Shown: positions 26,453-36,100 of the stretch, piece after piece | Layout: each line of letters begins with the position of its first letter | Numbering within the stretch: the first letter of the stretch is position 1 | Virus record (IMG/VR): IMGVR_UViG_3300046002_007491 | Span: 1 to 64,000 of that record | From: a virus | Strand: one strand, 5' to 3' | Length of the DNA: 64,000 bases | Position numbers and translations under genes: made by a program | The notes under the pieces: generated by a model | Databases searched by the model: none | What the model was told of the DNA's origin: nothing | The model's input: the letters and a program-made list of their open reading frames with translations, nothing else

Positions 26453-27961
26453 ATGGATGTAAAAAAAACAAATATTATAAATTTAGAAATTGGTAAAATA
26501 CCTCCGCAAGCTATTGACTTGGAAGAGGCTATTTTAGGCGCAATGCTTGTTGATAAAAGAGGTTTGGATGAAGCTATTGAGATTTTAACGTCTGATGTTT
26601 TTTACAAAGAGGCTCACAGACTTATTTTTGACGCCATTTCCGAGCTTTTTTACAAAAACTCACCCATTGACCTACTTACGGTATCAAGCGAGCTTAAAAA
26701 GGCTGATAAATTAACTTTGGCGGGCGGAGATTTTTATTTGATTGAACTCACTCAAAAAATATCTAGTTCGGCGCATATTGAATTTCATTCTCGAATTGTT
26801 CTTCAAAAATGGATTCAGCGTCAATGCATAAAAATTTCAAGTGAAATTATTGAGGAATCATACGATGAAAACGCAGATTCTTTGGAATTAATTGAAGATG
26901 CTTATCGCGAATACGGTAAAATTTCAGATTTAATTACTCTTGGTAAAAAAATAGATTTTAAAAAAAGCGTCAAAGATTTTTTGAACAAGACAACTCAAAA
27001 AACAAAAGGAGTTCCGTCGTCTTTGTCAAAATTAGACAAGAAATTAAATGGCTACCAAAATTCTGATTTGATAATATTGGCGGCGCGCCCAGGAATGGGT
27101 AAAACCGCACTCGTGTTAAACGAGGTGTTAGAGTGTGGTCTTAGAGGTATTCCTGTAGCTTTTTTTAGCTTAGAAATGAGCGAGAAACAAATAATCGGCA
27201 GAATGTTAAGTACTATTTCTGGGATTGAAGTTACTAAAGTCAATCAAATGGATTTAACTTATAGCGAAATTTTGTATTTAAAAAAGTGTTCTGATATGCT
27301 TTCTGAATTGCCAATTTACATTGACGACACGGGTGGAATTTCTCCAATAGAAATGAAAATAAAATCTAATCGATTAAAAAGAGAAAGCGGAATAAAAATG
27401 ATTGTTGTTGACTACCTTCAGTTGATGAAAGTAAAAAACAAGAAAACTGGTAATCGAGAACAAGAAATATCTGAAATTTCACAGTCTTTGAAAAATTTAG
27501 CCAAAGAACTTGACGTTCCGGTAATAGCGCTTTCGCAACTTTCAAGAAGCGTGGAGCAAAGAGGCTCTTCAAAAAGACCTCTTCTTTCAGATTTAAGAGA
27601 GTCGGGATCAATAGAACAAGATGCTGACGTGGTAATGTTTATTTACAGACCGGAATACTATCATATTGAAGAATGGGATGATGATGAACATTCGCCAACT
27701 GAAAACACCGCGGAAATCGAAGTGGCTAAATATCGAAATGGAGAAACTGGGTTTTGTAGAGTTGCTTGCAGATTGAAGTATATGAGATTTATGGACATCG
27801 AGCATTTAAACGAAGATTTGACGGCAAGATATTTTAGAGATAAAAAAGATGAATTTAAGATAGGGAGTAGCGATATTGATATTCCTAAATTAAATCCAAA
27901 CGAAGCGTTTGATAATAAGAATTTTTATGAAAAAGACGAGGACAGCGACATTCCTTTTTAA
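26453..27961 (+). CDS. dnaB: Replicative DNA helicase DnaB
   Basis: PPQAIDLEEAILG, AARPGMGKT, FFSLEM, VVDYLQL, LSQLSR, SDLRESGSIEQDAD. Confidence 0.97.
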   Translation: MDVKKTNIINLEIGKIPPQAIDLEEAILGAMLVDKRGLDEAIEILTSDVFYKEAHRLIFDAISELFYKNSPIDLLTVSSELKKADKLTLAGGDFYLIELTQKISSSAHIEFHSRIVLQKWIQRQCIKISSEIIEESYDENADSLELIEDAYREYGKISDLITLGKKIDFKKSVKDFLNKTTQKTKGVPSSLSKLDKKLNGYQNSDLIILAARPGMGKTALVLNEVLECGLRGIPVAFFSLEMSEKQIIGRMLSTISGIEVTKVNQMDLTYSEILYLKKCSDMLSELPIYIDDTGGISPIEMKIKSNRLKRESGIKMIVVDYLQLMKVKNKKTGNREQEISEISQSLKNLAKELDVPVIALSQLSRSVEQRGSSKRPLLSDLRESGSIEQDADVVMFIYRPEYYHIEEWDDDEHSPTENTAEIEVAKYRNGETGFCRVACRLKYMRFMDIEHLNEDLTARYFRDKKDEFKIGSSDIDIPKLNPNEAFDNKNFYEKDEDSDIPF

Positions 27962-27971
27962 AATTAATTAA

Positions 27972-28166
27972 ATGAAGTCTGAAATCATAAAACTTCTCCA
28001 AGAAAAATACGATAAAACCTCTCAAGGAATTTTAGTTGTTGGATTGAAAAATGCTTTGAATTTGCCAATTGACGAGTTGAAAATAACGTTAAACGAGCTT
28101 CACAAAGAGAAAAAAATATCGGTAAGACAAGGAATTAACGGAAAACTAATTTATTTAAAAAATTAA
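27972..28166 (+). CDS. Small winged-helix-like protein
   Basis: 64-aa ORF. Confidence 0.65.
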   Translation: MKSEIIKLLQEKYDKTSQGILVVGLKNALNLPIDELKITLNELHKEKKISVRQGINGKLIYLKN

Positions 28167-28249
28167 CCATGGTAAATCGCCCAATAATATTCGCAGCAGT
28201 AATAGTCCTAGGAATGCTAGTTATGAAGTTTTACTTCGATAAAAAAAAG

Positions 28250-28378
28250 CTATAACGTTTTCGGGCTTGGCGAAGTGGCTGACCCCGAAGCTAAATAGGA
28301 TTACTAAACTTTAAAATTAAGACCGAATGATTGATAGAATAACTGAACAGCCATTTTGCCAAACCCGTGTTAGTGGCA
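28250..28378 (-). repeat. attC-like site C3
   Basis: Minus strand CACTAAC-A-CGGGTTTGGC...GCCAAGCCCG-AAAAC-GTTATAG. Confidence 0.88.
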
Positions 28379-29109
28379 GTACTTTTGTGAATGCTGATTG
28401 CTTCGATGTTTTTCCTTTTATTGAGGATAAATCAATTGATGCGATTATTTGCGATTTACCCTACGGAACAACTAACTGTAAATGGGATAGTGTTTTACCA
28501 TTGAATGATTTATGGAATGAATACAAAAGAGTTATTAAAGATAATGGAGTAATAGTTTTGACATCTACTCAACCGTTTACAAGTGTTTTGATTGGAAGTA
28601 ATTTAAAAGAGTTTAAATATGAATGGATATGGCAAAAATCACACGCAACAGGGCATTTAAACTCTAAAAAACAGCCGATGCGACAACACGAAAACATTTG
28701 TGTATTTTATAAAAAACAATGCACTTATAACCCACAAATGATTAAAAAGAGTTATTTAGATAAACGAACCAAAAGCGGTCAAATTGAAAATGTAGATGTT
28801 TATAATAGCTTTACAAAAGTAGATAGGCAAATTGATGTTACTGATGGCTACCCAAAAACAATACAATATTTTGCAACTCCATTTAAAGGCGGTGAAGGAG
28901 GTAAACACCCAACTCAAAAACCATTATCGTTAATGGAGTACCTTATAAATACTTACACAAACGAGGGCGACACGGTTTTAGATAACACAATGGGTTCAGG
29001 AACAACAAATTTAGCCTGTATCAAATTAAATCGCAAATCAATTGGAATAGAAAAGGAAAAACAATATTACGATGTCGCTGTTCGTAGGGCTTCGGAGTAT
29101 TGCCACTAA
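28327..29109 (+). CDS. DNA methyltransferase, N6A/N4C beta class; cassette C3 cargo
   Basis: DLPY (motif IV) precedes HPTQKP and DNTMGSGTT (motif I). Confidence 0.93.
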   Translation: MIDRITEQPFCQTRVSGSTFVNADCFDVFPFIEDKSIDAIICDLPYGTTNCKWDSVLPLNDLWNEYKRVIKDNGVIVLTSTQPFTSVLIGSNLKEFKYEWIWQKSHATGHLNSKKQPMRQHENICVFYKKQCTYNPQMIKKSYLDKRTKSGQIENVDVYNSFTKVDRQIDVTDGYPKTIQYFATPFKGGEGGKHPTQKPLSLMEYLINTYTNEGDTVLDNTMGSGTTNLACIKLNRKSIGIEKEKQYYDVAVRRASEYCH

Positions 29110-29239
29110 CGGATTGGGGCTTTATGAAGTTGGGGTTTTTGAAAGCCGAATGTTGAGTAAAGCACCAAAGTTCAATAGAATACCAAAAGTTGGGGTTTAG
29201 CACTTCCGCCCCAATTTCATAAAACCCTTGTTATCTGCA
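29104..29239 (-). repeat. attC-like site C2
   Basis: Minus strand AGATAAC-AA-GGGTTTTATGAAATTGGGG...CCCCAACTTCATAAAGCCC-CAATCC-GTTAGTG. Confidence 0.88.
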
Positions 29240-29294
29240 TCTGCGGTTTTCAAGGCAGGAAGTTTCAAATTATTCACTAATAAATTAAAATAAA

Positions 29295-30017
29295 ATGTCA
29301 GAATTAAAAGTAAGAAAAGCGTTTCAAGTAGTCATTAGAAAAAAAGAATATGATGTATTTGATATTGAAGGTAAAGAACACGAAGGATATAACGATGTGC
29401 CAAAAACTTGGTGGTTATATTTTTCAGATAGATTACCCGAAGGAACATTGCCGCCACACGATAGTGAATACTTTGTTCCTTATCACGTTAGCATTGAAAG
29501 GTTGAATTGGGATATTAAGTTTACACAAAATACAAGCACCAAAGAAAAATGGGGCGAAACGCAATTTAGAAGTAATACTCATTGTGAAATGTGGTGCAAT
29601 GGTAAATTAGTTTATTCTTTTGGTACAACAGGCGGAAGTAGAGGGATGAGTTTTGCAATGGCAAAAGCACAATATATGCAAACAATGCTATGTGAACACT
29701 CCTTCAATTTTTTAGATGCTCAAAAAGAACAAGGTAGAAAAATATGGTGGTATGGATTACCTGCAACAGTTGGTATTAGAAGTGGCGATGAAAAATGGGA
29801 AATAACTATTATACCTGATTACTCTACTGGAATTGATAAAGAAACTTGGTGGTATGAATTTAAAACTCGTAGGTCAAATATCAATGAAGTAGTTGATAAA
29901 GACAATGATATTGCAGTATTTGATGAAGATGATGACAACAAAGATTATATCAATTGGGGTGATGCTTTTTCTGACCAACATATTGACTGGCATAGAAGCG
30001 GTAATGTTTCAAGTTAG
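29295..30017 (+). CDS. Hypothetical Trp-rich protein, cassette C2 cargo
   Basis: 240-aa ORF. Confidence 0.85.
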   Translation: MSELKVRKAFQVVIRKKEYDVFDIEGKEHEGYNDVPKTWWLYFSDRLPEGTLPPHDSEYFVPYHVSIERLNWDIKFTQNTSTKEKWGETQFRSNTHCEMWCNGKLVYSFGTTGGSRGMSFAMAKAQYMQTMLCEHSFNFLDAQKEQGRKIWWYGLPATVGIRSGDEKWEITIIPDYSTGIDKETWWYEFKTRRSNINEVVDKDNDIAVFDEDDDNKDYINWGDAFSDQHIDWHRSGNVSS

Positions 30018-30035
30018 TAGTATGGTAGCAGTTGC

Positions 30036-30115
30036 AGATAACGTTTGTCGCTTGTACTAGGCGGCTATGCGGTTGCGTATATTCTGCCGCTTAGTACAAA
30101 CGATTGTTAGGGTGC
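30036..30115 (-). repeat. attC-like site C1 (short type)
   Basis: Minus strand CCCTAAC-AA-TCGTTTGTACTAAGCGGC...GCCGCCTAGTACAAGCGA-CAAAC-GTTATCT. Confidence 0.88.
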
Positions 30116-30144
30116 GTAGTGGGTAATTAAAAATAAAAGAAGTT

Positions 30145-30360
30145 ATGACATTAAAAGAAAAACTTTACGAATATTCTGGAGATCCATTGGATTGTAATCC
30201 AGTAGACCAACAGGATGCGCAAAATTTAGTAAAGATAGCCGATGATTACGCTGTCGCATTTGCTAAATGGTATTATTGTAAAAAACTTTTGTTGACTTAT
30301 AGCGCTACAAAAAAAACAAGTGAATTATTAGAAATCTATAAAAAAGAAAAGGGATTATGA
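30145..30360 (+). CDS. Hypothetical protein, cassette C1 cargo
   Basis: MTLKEK...KIADDYA...KKEKGL; paralog of the next gene. Confidence 0.75.
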   Translation: MTLKEKLYEYSGDPLDCNPVDQQDAQNLVKIADDYAVAFAKWYYCKKLLLTYSATKKTSELLEIYKKEKGL

Positions 30361-30554
30361 CACTAAAAGAAAAAATTTTCACTGTATTCTATGAAACTGC
30401 ATCCGCTGATTTAATTGAAAAAATAGCTGATGAATACGCTAAAGAAGTTTTAAGGACTTATATAAGCAGCAGGGCTTTACAATATAAACAAAGTCAAGGT
30501 GATTATAGTTTAGATGAACTGCTAAGTATAATTAAAAAAGAGAAAGGATTATGA
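30357..30554 (+). CDS. Hypothetical protein, cassette C1 cargo; tandem paralog
   Basis: MTLKEK...KIADEYA...KKEKGL. Confidence 0.75.
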   Translation: MTLKEKIFTVFYETASADLIEKIADEYAKEVLRTYISSRALQYKQSQGDYSLDELLSIIKKEKGL

Positions 30555-31366
30555 TAAATAAAGTATTACACGGAGAATGCCTTTATCAAATGAAATTTAT
30601 TCCTGATGGAAGTATTGATATGATACTTTGTGATTTGCCTTATGGATATTTGAATAGAAGTAATGTAATTGCTTGGGATAATGAAATTAACTTAAATAAA
30701 CTTTGGGAGCAATACGAAAGAATTATTAAGCCAAACGGAGCAATTGCATTAACCGCTTCACAACCTTTTGCAAGTAAATTGATTTTAAGTAACGATAAAC
30801 TGTTTAAGCAAGATATTATTTGGTGTAAAAAGGATAGTGCTGATTTTGTTAATGCAAAAAACAGACATCTAAAAGCTCACGAAATAATATTAATATTTTC
30901 AAAGGCGAATATTGCTAATGGCTGTAAAAACAAAATGACTTATAACCCACAAGGATTACAGCTAAAAAATCAAACACGAAATGTTTGTAAAAAAGATGGA
31001 ACATTTATGGGAAAAAGAGAACAACAGGATGATAAAGAGTACGTTCAAGAATTTACAAATTACCCGTTAAGTTATGTGTTTTTTAATAGGAATGATGATG
31101 GTAAAAAAAACATACACCCAACACAAAAGCCAGTTGCTTTATTTGAATATTTGATTAAGACCTACACTAACAAAGGCGAAACGGTTTTAGATAATTGTGC
31201 AGGAAGTGGAACAACAGGAGTTGCTTGTATAAACACAAATAGAAACTATATTTTGATTGAAAAGGAACAAAAGTACTTTGATATTATTAACGAAAGAATT
31301 GACAAACATAACCAATCACAAGCAGGAGAAGTTCTTATGGATGACTTATTCAGCTATGCACCCTAA
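30551..31366 (+). CDS. DNA methyltransferase, N6A/N4C beta class; cassette C1 cargo
   Basis: DLPY, HPTQKP, DNCAGSGTT. Confidence 0.93.
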   Translation: MINKVLHGECLYQMKFIPDGSIDMILCDLPYGYLNRSNVIAWDNEINLNKLWEQYERIIKPNGAIALTASQPFASKLILSNDKLFKQDIIWCKKDSADFVNAKNRHLKAHEIILIFSKANIANGCKNKMTYNPQGLQLKNQTRNVCKKDGTFMGKREQQDDKEYVQEFTNYPLSYVFFNRNDDGKKNIHPTQKPVALFEYLIKTYTNKGETVLDNCAGSGTTGVACINTNRNYILIEKEQKYFDIINERIDKHNQSQAGEVLMDDLFSYAP

Positions 31367-31419
31367 CTACTTGCTAGGTCTTATAAAAGTATTACAAATC
31401 AATTAAAACTACACGCCAA

Positions 31420-31644
31420 ATGCTAGAATTCACTACAAAACATATTGCAAAATACCGTATAAAAAATAACACTCACATAGTTTTTTCTACCGATAAATTA
31501 TGTTACAATACAAAAAGCGGTCGGGTGCTAAAACATATCTTAAAAGGTAGTACTATCGGCTATATAATTGAAGGAAAATTCAAATCATTGACTTTTCTAA
31601 AAACACAACTAGAAAAAATACCAGTTAATAAAATGCCTTTTTAA
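31420..31644 (+). CDS. Hypothetical protein (NUMOD4-like fragment)
   Basis: 74-aa ORF, CYNTKSGRVLK. Confidence 0.6.
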   Translation: MLEFTTKHIAKYRIKNNTHIVFSTDKLCYNTKSGRVLKHILKGSTIGYIIEGKFKSLTFLKTQLEKIPVNKMPF

Positions 31645-31801
31645 ATTATGAAAAACCACAAAATCACAATACACTTCCGCTATGGAAATTTCGAAAAAGA
31701 CTTTGAGGATATTGAAGTCCAAGCAGAAGATGATATTCAAGCCACAGAAATCGCAAAGAAACGCAGACGTTTTGTTTTTAAAGTTGAAATAAATAGTGTA
31801 G

Positions 31802-32470
31802 ATGAAGCCGATAACTAAAAAGTGTAAAATTTGTAAAGAGAAGTTTTCTCCTAAAAGAAGTACTCTCGAGCCGACTTGCGATAATTATGATTGCAAGGTT
31901 GCTTACGCTATGATAATTGTCGAAAAGCAAAAAAATAATCGGTTAAAAGAACAGAAACGCACCGCTGTTGAACAAAAAAAGAAAATGACTATCGATATAA
32001 TGTCGGATGATAAATATCGTTCCTCGGTGCTTCAACCCGTTATTAACGAAATTGCCCGATTGATTGATTTTGGACAGCCTTGCATTGCAACTGAAAACTA
32101 CGGCAAGGAAAACGGCGGTCATTATATATCGGTCGGGGCCAATAGAACAATTTGCCTACACCTACACAACATCCACATCCAGAGTTTCGAAAGCAATCAT
32201 TGGAAAAGCGGAGACACTCTAAAATACCAAGGCGGAATTCGAAAAGTTTACGGAGAAGACTATTTAGCTTTTATGGACGGATTGCAGAAGCACCCGCCAA
32301 TTCAGTTGCGTAAAAAAGAGATGGTTGAAATCTACGAAAACGCTTGTAAAATAAGAATTAAATTGCGCAAAAATCAACAAATAAGAACACCAAAACAACG
32401 CATTGAACTTCGCAATCAAATTAACTTAGAATTGGGTATTTACCAAGAAAAATATTGCGTATTTGAATAA
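31802..32470 (+). CDS. ninG: NinG/Rap-family recombination endonuclease
   Basis: KKCKICKEKF...C....C, RLIDFGQPCI, GGHYISVGA, NIHIQ. Confidence 0.88.
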   Translation: MKPITKKCKICKEKFSPKRSTLEPTCDNYDCKVAYAMIIVEKQKNNRLKEQKRTAVEQKKKMTIDIMSDDKYRSSVLQPVINEIARLIDFGQPCIATENYGKENGGHYISVGANRTICLHLHNIHIQSFESNHWKSGDTLKYQGGIRKVYGEDYLAFMDGLQKHPPIQLRKKEMVEIYENACKIRIKLRKNQQIRTPKQRIELRNQINLELGIYQEKYCVFE

Positions 32471-32795
32471 TAATCTAAATCAAAATAAAATGGGAAAGCA
32501 AATTGAATTATTCGAAGGGTATGAGTTCCCTACAACAAACACAGAAGAAATTTTATTAACTTTGATTCTTCAAGGGCGAGTTTCAATATTCGATTTTCCC
32601 TATCTTTCAGGCTACAGAACTAGAATTTCAGAATTACAATTAACGCACGGACTGAAATTAAATAGAGTTTTGGACAATCGGTCAAACAAATTCGGAAATT
32701 CGTACTCATACGCCATTCACAAACTCCCACCCGAAGAAAAAGACAATGCTATTTTGCTTTACAAGAAATTGAATAAAAACTATAAAAACGAGTAA
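32463..32795 (+). CDS. Winged-helix-like hypothetical protein (likely start ATG 32490)
   Basis: GYRTRISEL...NKFGNSYSY. Confidence 0.65.
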   Translation: MNNNLNQNKMGKQIELFEGYEFPTTNTEEILLTLILQGRVSIFDFPYLSGYRTRISELQLTHGLKLNRVLDNRSNKFGNSYSYAIHKLPPEEKDNAILLYKKLNKNYKNE

Positions 32796-32797
32796 TT

Positions 32798-33019
32798 ATG
32801 GAACCAACAACACAAGCATACGCAAGAATAAATTTAATAGCAAATTCTAAAATACCAGTTTCAGAAGACAGTCCTGTTTATGGTCTATTTCGACATCGTA
32901 GGGAATTATGTAAACGATATACTTTAGTTACTGAGTCAAGTCAAGATGCTTTTTTTGATATGATTTCCCATATTGAAAACGACATAAAACAATTTCTACT
33001 TTTACCCATTACAAAATGA
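32798..33019 (+). CDS. Hypothetical protein
   Basis: 73-aa ORF. Confidence 0.65.
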   Translation: MEPTTQAYARINLIANSKIPVSEDSPVYGLFRHRRELCKRYTLVTESSQDAFFDMISHIENDIKQFLLLPITK

Positions 33020-33145
33020 AAACAGAAATTAAAAAGCTACTAGCGCAATGGTCATTAGATTTTGCTTTTTGGATATTACCCGAATGCGAATTTAAAAAAG
33101 AGTTTGGAAAGTTCTTAATTGATAACATTAAAAAATTGTAGAACT

Positions 33146-33177
33146 AAAAACCCATCTTAATTGATGGGTTTCTTTTT
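33146..33177. terminator. Bidirectional terminator between convergent modules
   Basis: AAAAACCCATC-TTAATT-GATGGGTTTCTTTTT. Confidence 0.75.
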
Positions 33178-36100
33178 GCTGTTTTTTAATTCTTGATATG
33201 CTTTGATAAATTTAGGAGTTACATCAAATTCTATGTATTGCAGATTCCTATCTCTTTCCTTTTTGTCTTTCTCGGACATTCCTTCATCATCTTTGAATTT
33301 ACTGTAGAAAAGAATTGCTTGAATTTGCGGATTTTTTTCTTTTTTCAATCCTAAGTAAAACGGATCACTAACCAAAGTTTTCAATTCTTCTTTGTTGACT
33401 TTTTCAATTATTGACTTTATTGATTTATTGTACAATTCAACATCTCCATCGACCAAAGAATCTACCTTTTGCATAATCTGAAATTTGTTGATTTTCTTTT
33501 CAACGTAGTCTTTCGTCAATTTTTCAACATTCGAATCCAAGATTTTTTCATTGTCTTTTAGTTTTTGGATTTTTACCTTGTATTGCTTTTCTACTAAATC
33601 GTCTGGCATATCTTTAAATCCTTCTTTGGCGCCACCGTAGACATTTGTATTAATCAATCCTGTCCAAGACAAAGCCATCGCTGCTTTACCAAATAGATTT
33701 GGTTGTTCCTCATTCACTTCTTTAAAGTTTTCGAAAATAAGAGGAATTAGATATTTAGATTCTTTGAAATCTACACCGTATTTATCTTCTCGGAATGACT
33801 TTCCTTGATACTCTACTTTTCTCGTTTTAAAGAATCGGTCTAATGCAAATCTTGGTCCAGGAGCAATTTTATTTCCCGCATACTCTAATGGCAAATCAAT
33901 CCAATCTTCATCTTCATATTCTATTCCATACTTTTTGAAATTGCCGTATTTATCAGTTTTGCCACCATTTACCAATCTTGAAAAGGCTACGATCGTAGTT
34001 TTCTTACCTGCCCATGGGTCAATTCGCAAATTACCCGCTTTAATTAACGCAAAATCAGAACTTGTAGGAGTTGTTCCCACAACAATCTTATCTTCATCAT
34101 CATCGTCTTGACCTAAAGCGTACAGCGCCGCTATAGCAAGTAATGAACCTGCTCCGACAATATGATGCGCGACATCGGTCAACGCCATTTTTCTTGCAGT
34201 TGGTGTAAGTGTGTAATACCAATATGGATTCAATTGATTAACGCCGGCGGCCCAATTGGAAAATGACGAAAATATAGTTCCATTTGCTTCACGCAATGCG
34301 GCGGCCGCTTTACTCCCTGTGTTGGCTCTACCTGTCAATGTATTTACCGCAGCAGCAACTTTTCTGTATTCTTGAATATCATCAATCGGATTAAGTCCTT
34401 GCGCTTTTAGCAAATCGGCGCCTTCTTGGAACCGATTAATTCTCATTTGGTTTTCAAAAACAGTTTGACCTCTTTCGAAAATACTAATGATGTTTACATA
34501 GTTTTTGATAATATTTCCTGCTTTTTCATAGCCTTTTGACGCTACATAATTGCCTAAAATATCAAATAACGTGGTTATCGCGTTGTGTTGGAAAACTTCG
34601 GCTTTAGCAGATTCTTTATAGTGAGATTCTACAATTCCCAACTTAGAATCTTTCCATAATTGATAGTTTGGATTTGCTTTTACCGCCTGCATATATTTTT
34701 GTTCAAAGTTTGGGTTCGCCATGGCCTTGAACGTTTTTGCCATTGCATCTCTAAACACTCCTTTTAACTTACCCGTTTTCGCTAAATTAATTAGCGAATT
34801 TGCACCCATTTTGTAAATTTGGGTAACGTTTTGAATACCAACAAAACTTAAATCAGAAGTAAAACTCAAGATTTTAGGAATAGATAAAATATCTTTCAAA
34901 ACATCAAATGCTTTTTGCTCTATTCTTCTGTTTTTAAGTTCTAATTTGTAAACTTCTTTGTCAAAAATTTCTTTTTGTTCGGCAATTTCAGATTTGATTT
35001 TATTCAATTCTACATCGGTCGGAGTCGGTTTTCTTTTTCGTTTCTCAAAATCACCTTTGGCAATTCGCTCTTTTAATGTGGCCAATCTTTTAGAAGCATT
35101 TCTTTTTGCAATTTCAATTAATCTTTCTTCGGCCAATCCAGAATCTTCACGCATTTTTTGAATTTGAGCTTCGTACTCTTTTTTCAATTTACGCATTTCT
35201 TCCAACTTAGCTGAAGTTACTGTTTCGGGTTTTTTAGCATAGTCAATTTCATTAGCGTCGATTTTTTGTTGCAAATCGTCTAGTCTTTTTTGAAGAATCT
35301 TTTCGGCGCGATCAATTTTTTGTTGTTCGGTCAATTCCGGTTTTCCAACAAGTTCATCAAGTTCGGCTTTTTTAGCATCTCTTACCGCTTTTAAGTCTTT
35401 GGCTTCTTGGTCATATTCGATTACAGTTTTTTCACCTTTTCTTTTCTCACCATTGGCAATTTGATTGTCTAATTCTTCGATTTCATTTGACAAACGCTTT
35501 TTGATAGCGTCTAAGGCGGTTTTGTATGCTTTTGTAATATCAGCTTCGGCTAATGGTAAATCTCTCAATAGCGCCTTTAATTTCTTCATCTCAACGCGCT
35601 CTTGCATCGTCGGTTCTCTGCGTTGTTGTCCTGAACGCAATGGTCTTTGCCCTTTATTTACATCTTCCAATCCCGAAGCAATTTTTCCAAGGGATTTCAT
35701 TATGGAAATTTGAACCTCTATTTCATCTGAAGTAGGATTTGAAATTTTACCATAACCGGTAACAATATCGCGAACTTGTCTTTCTGTAAAGTCTAAATCG
35801 GGAAACAATTCTTGAACATCTGTCATTAATGCAGAAACTAGATCATCGATATTGTCGATACCGTTTTCTACTTTTTCTCTAATTAGCGAATGAGGAATAC
35901 GCAATACGCCTTCTTCATCTACCGACATCATTCCTTTTTTGCCCCCATTAACATCAGAATCGTCAAATAAATCAAACAAATCAGATAGCGCTTGTTCTTG
36001 CTCGTCTTTTGATAATTTAGAGTTTCGGATAGAATTTACACCTGCTTTTATAGCATCTGAAATATATCCTGTAGCTATAATTGCTTTGGCCGCCGCGTCA

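Larger units (their letters stand above)
28250..31400 (-). mobile_element. Satellite cassette array C (attC top strand = minus): attI-like site at 31367 plus 3 cassettes (C1 31366-30042, C2 30041-29110, C3 29109-28256)
   Basis: GCACCCTAAC (31358) pairs with GTTAGGGTGC (30106); TGCAGATAAC (30033) with GTTATCTGCA (29230); TGCCACTAAC (29101) with GTTAGTGGCA (28369). Confidence 0.88.
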
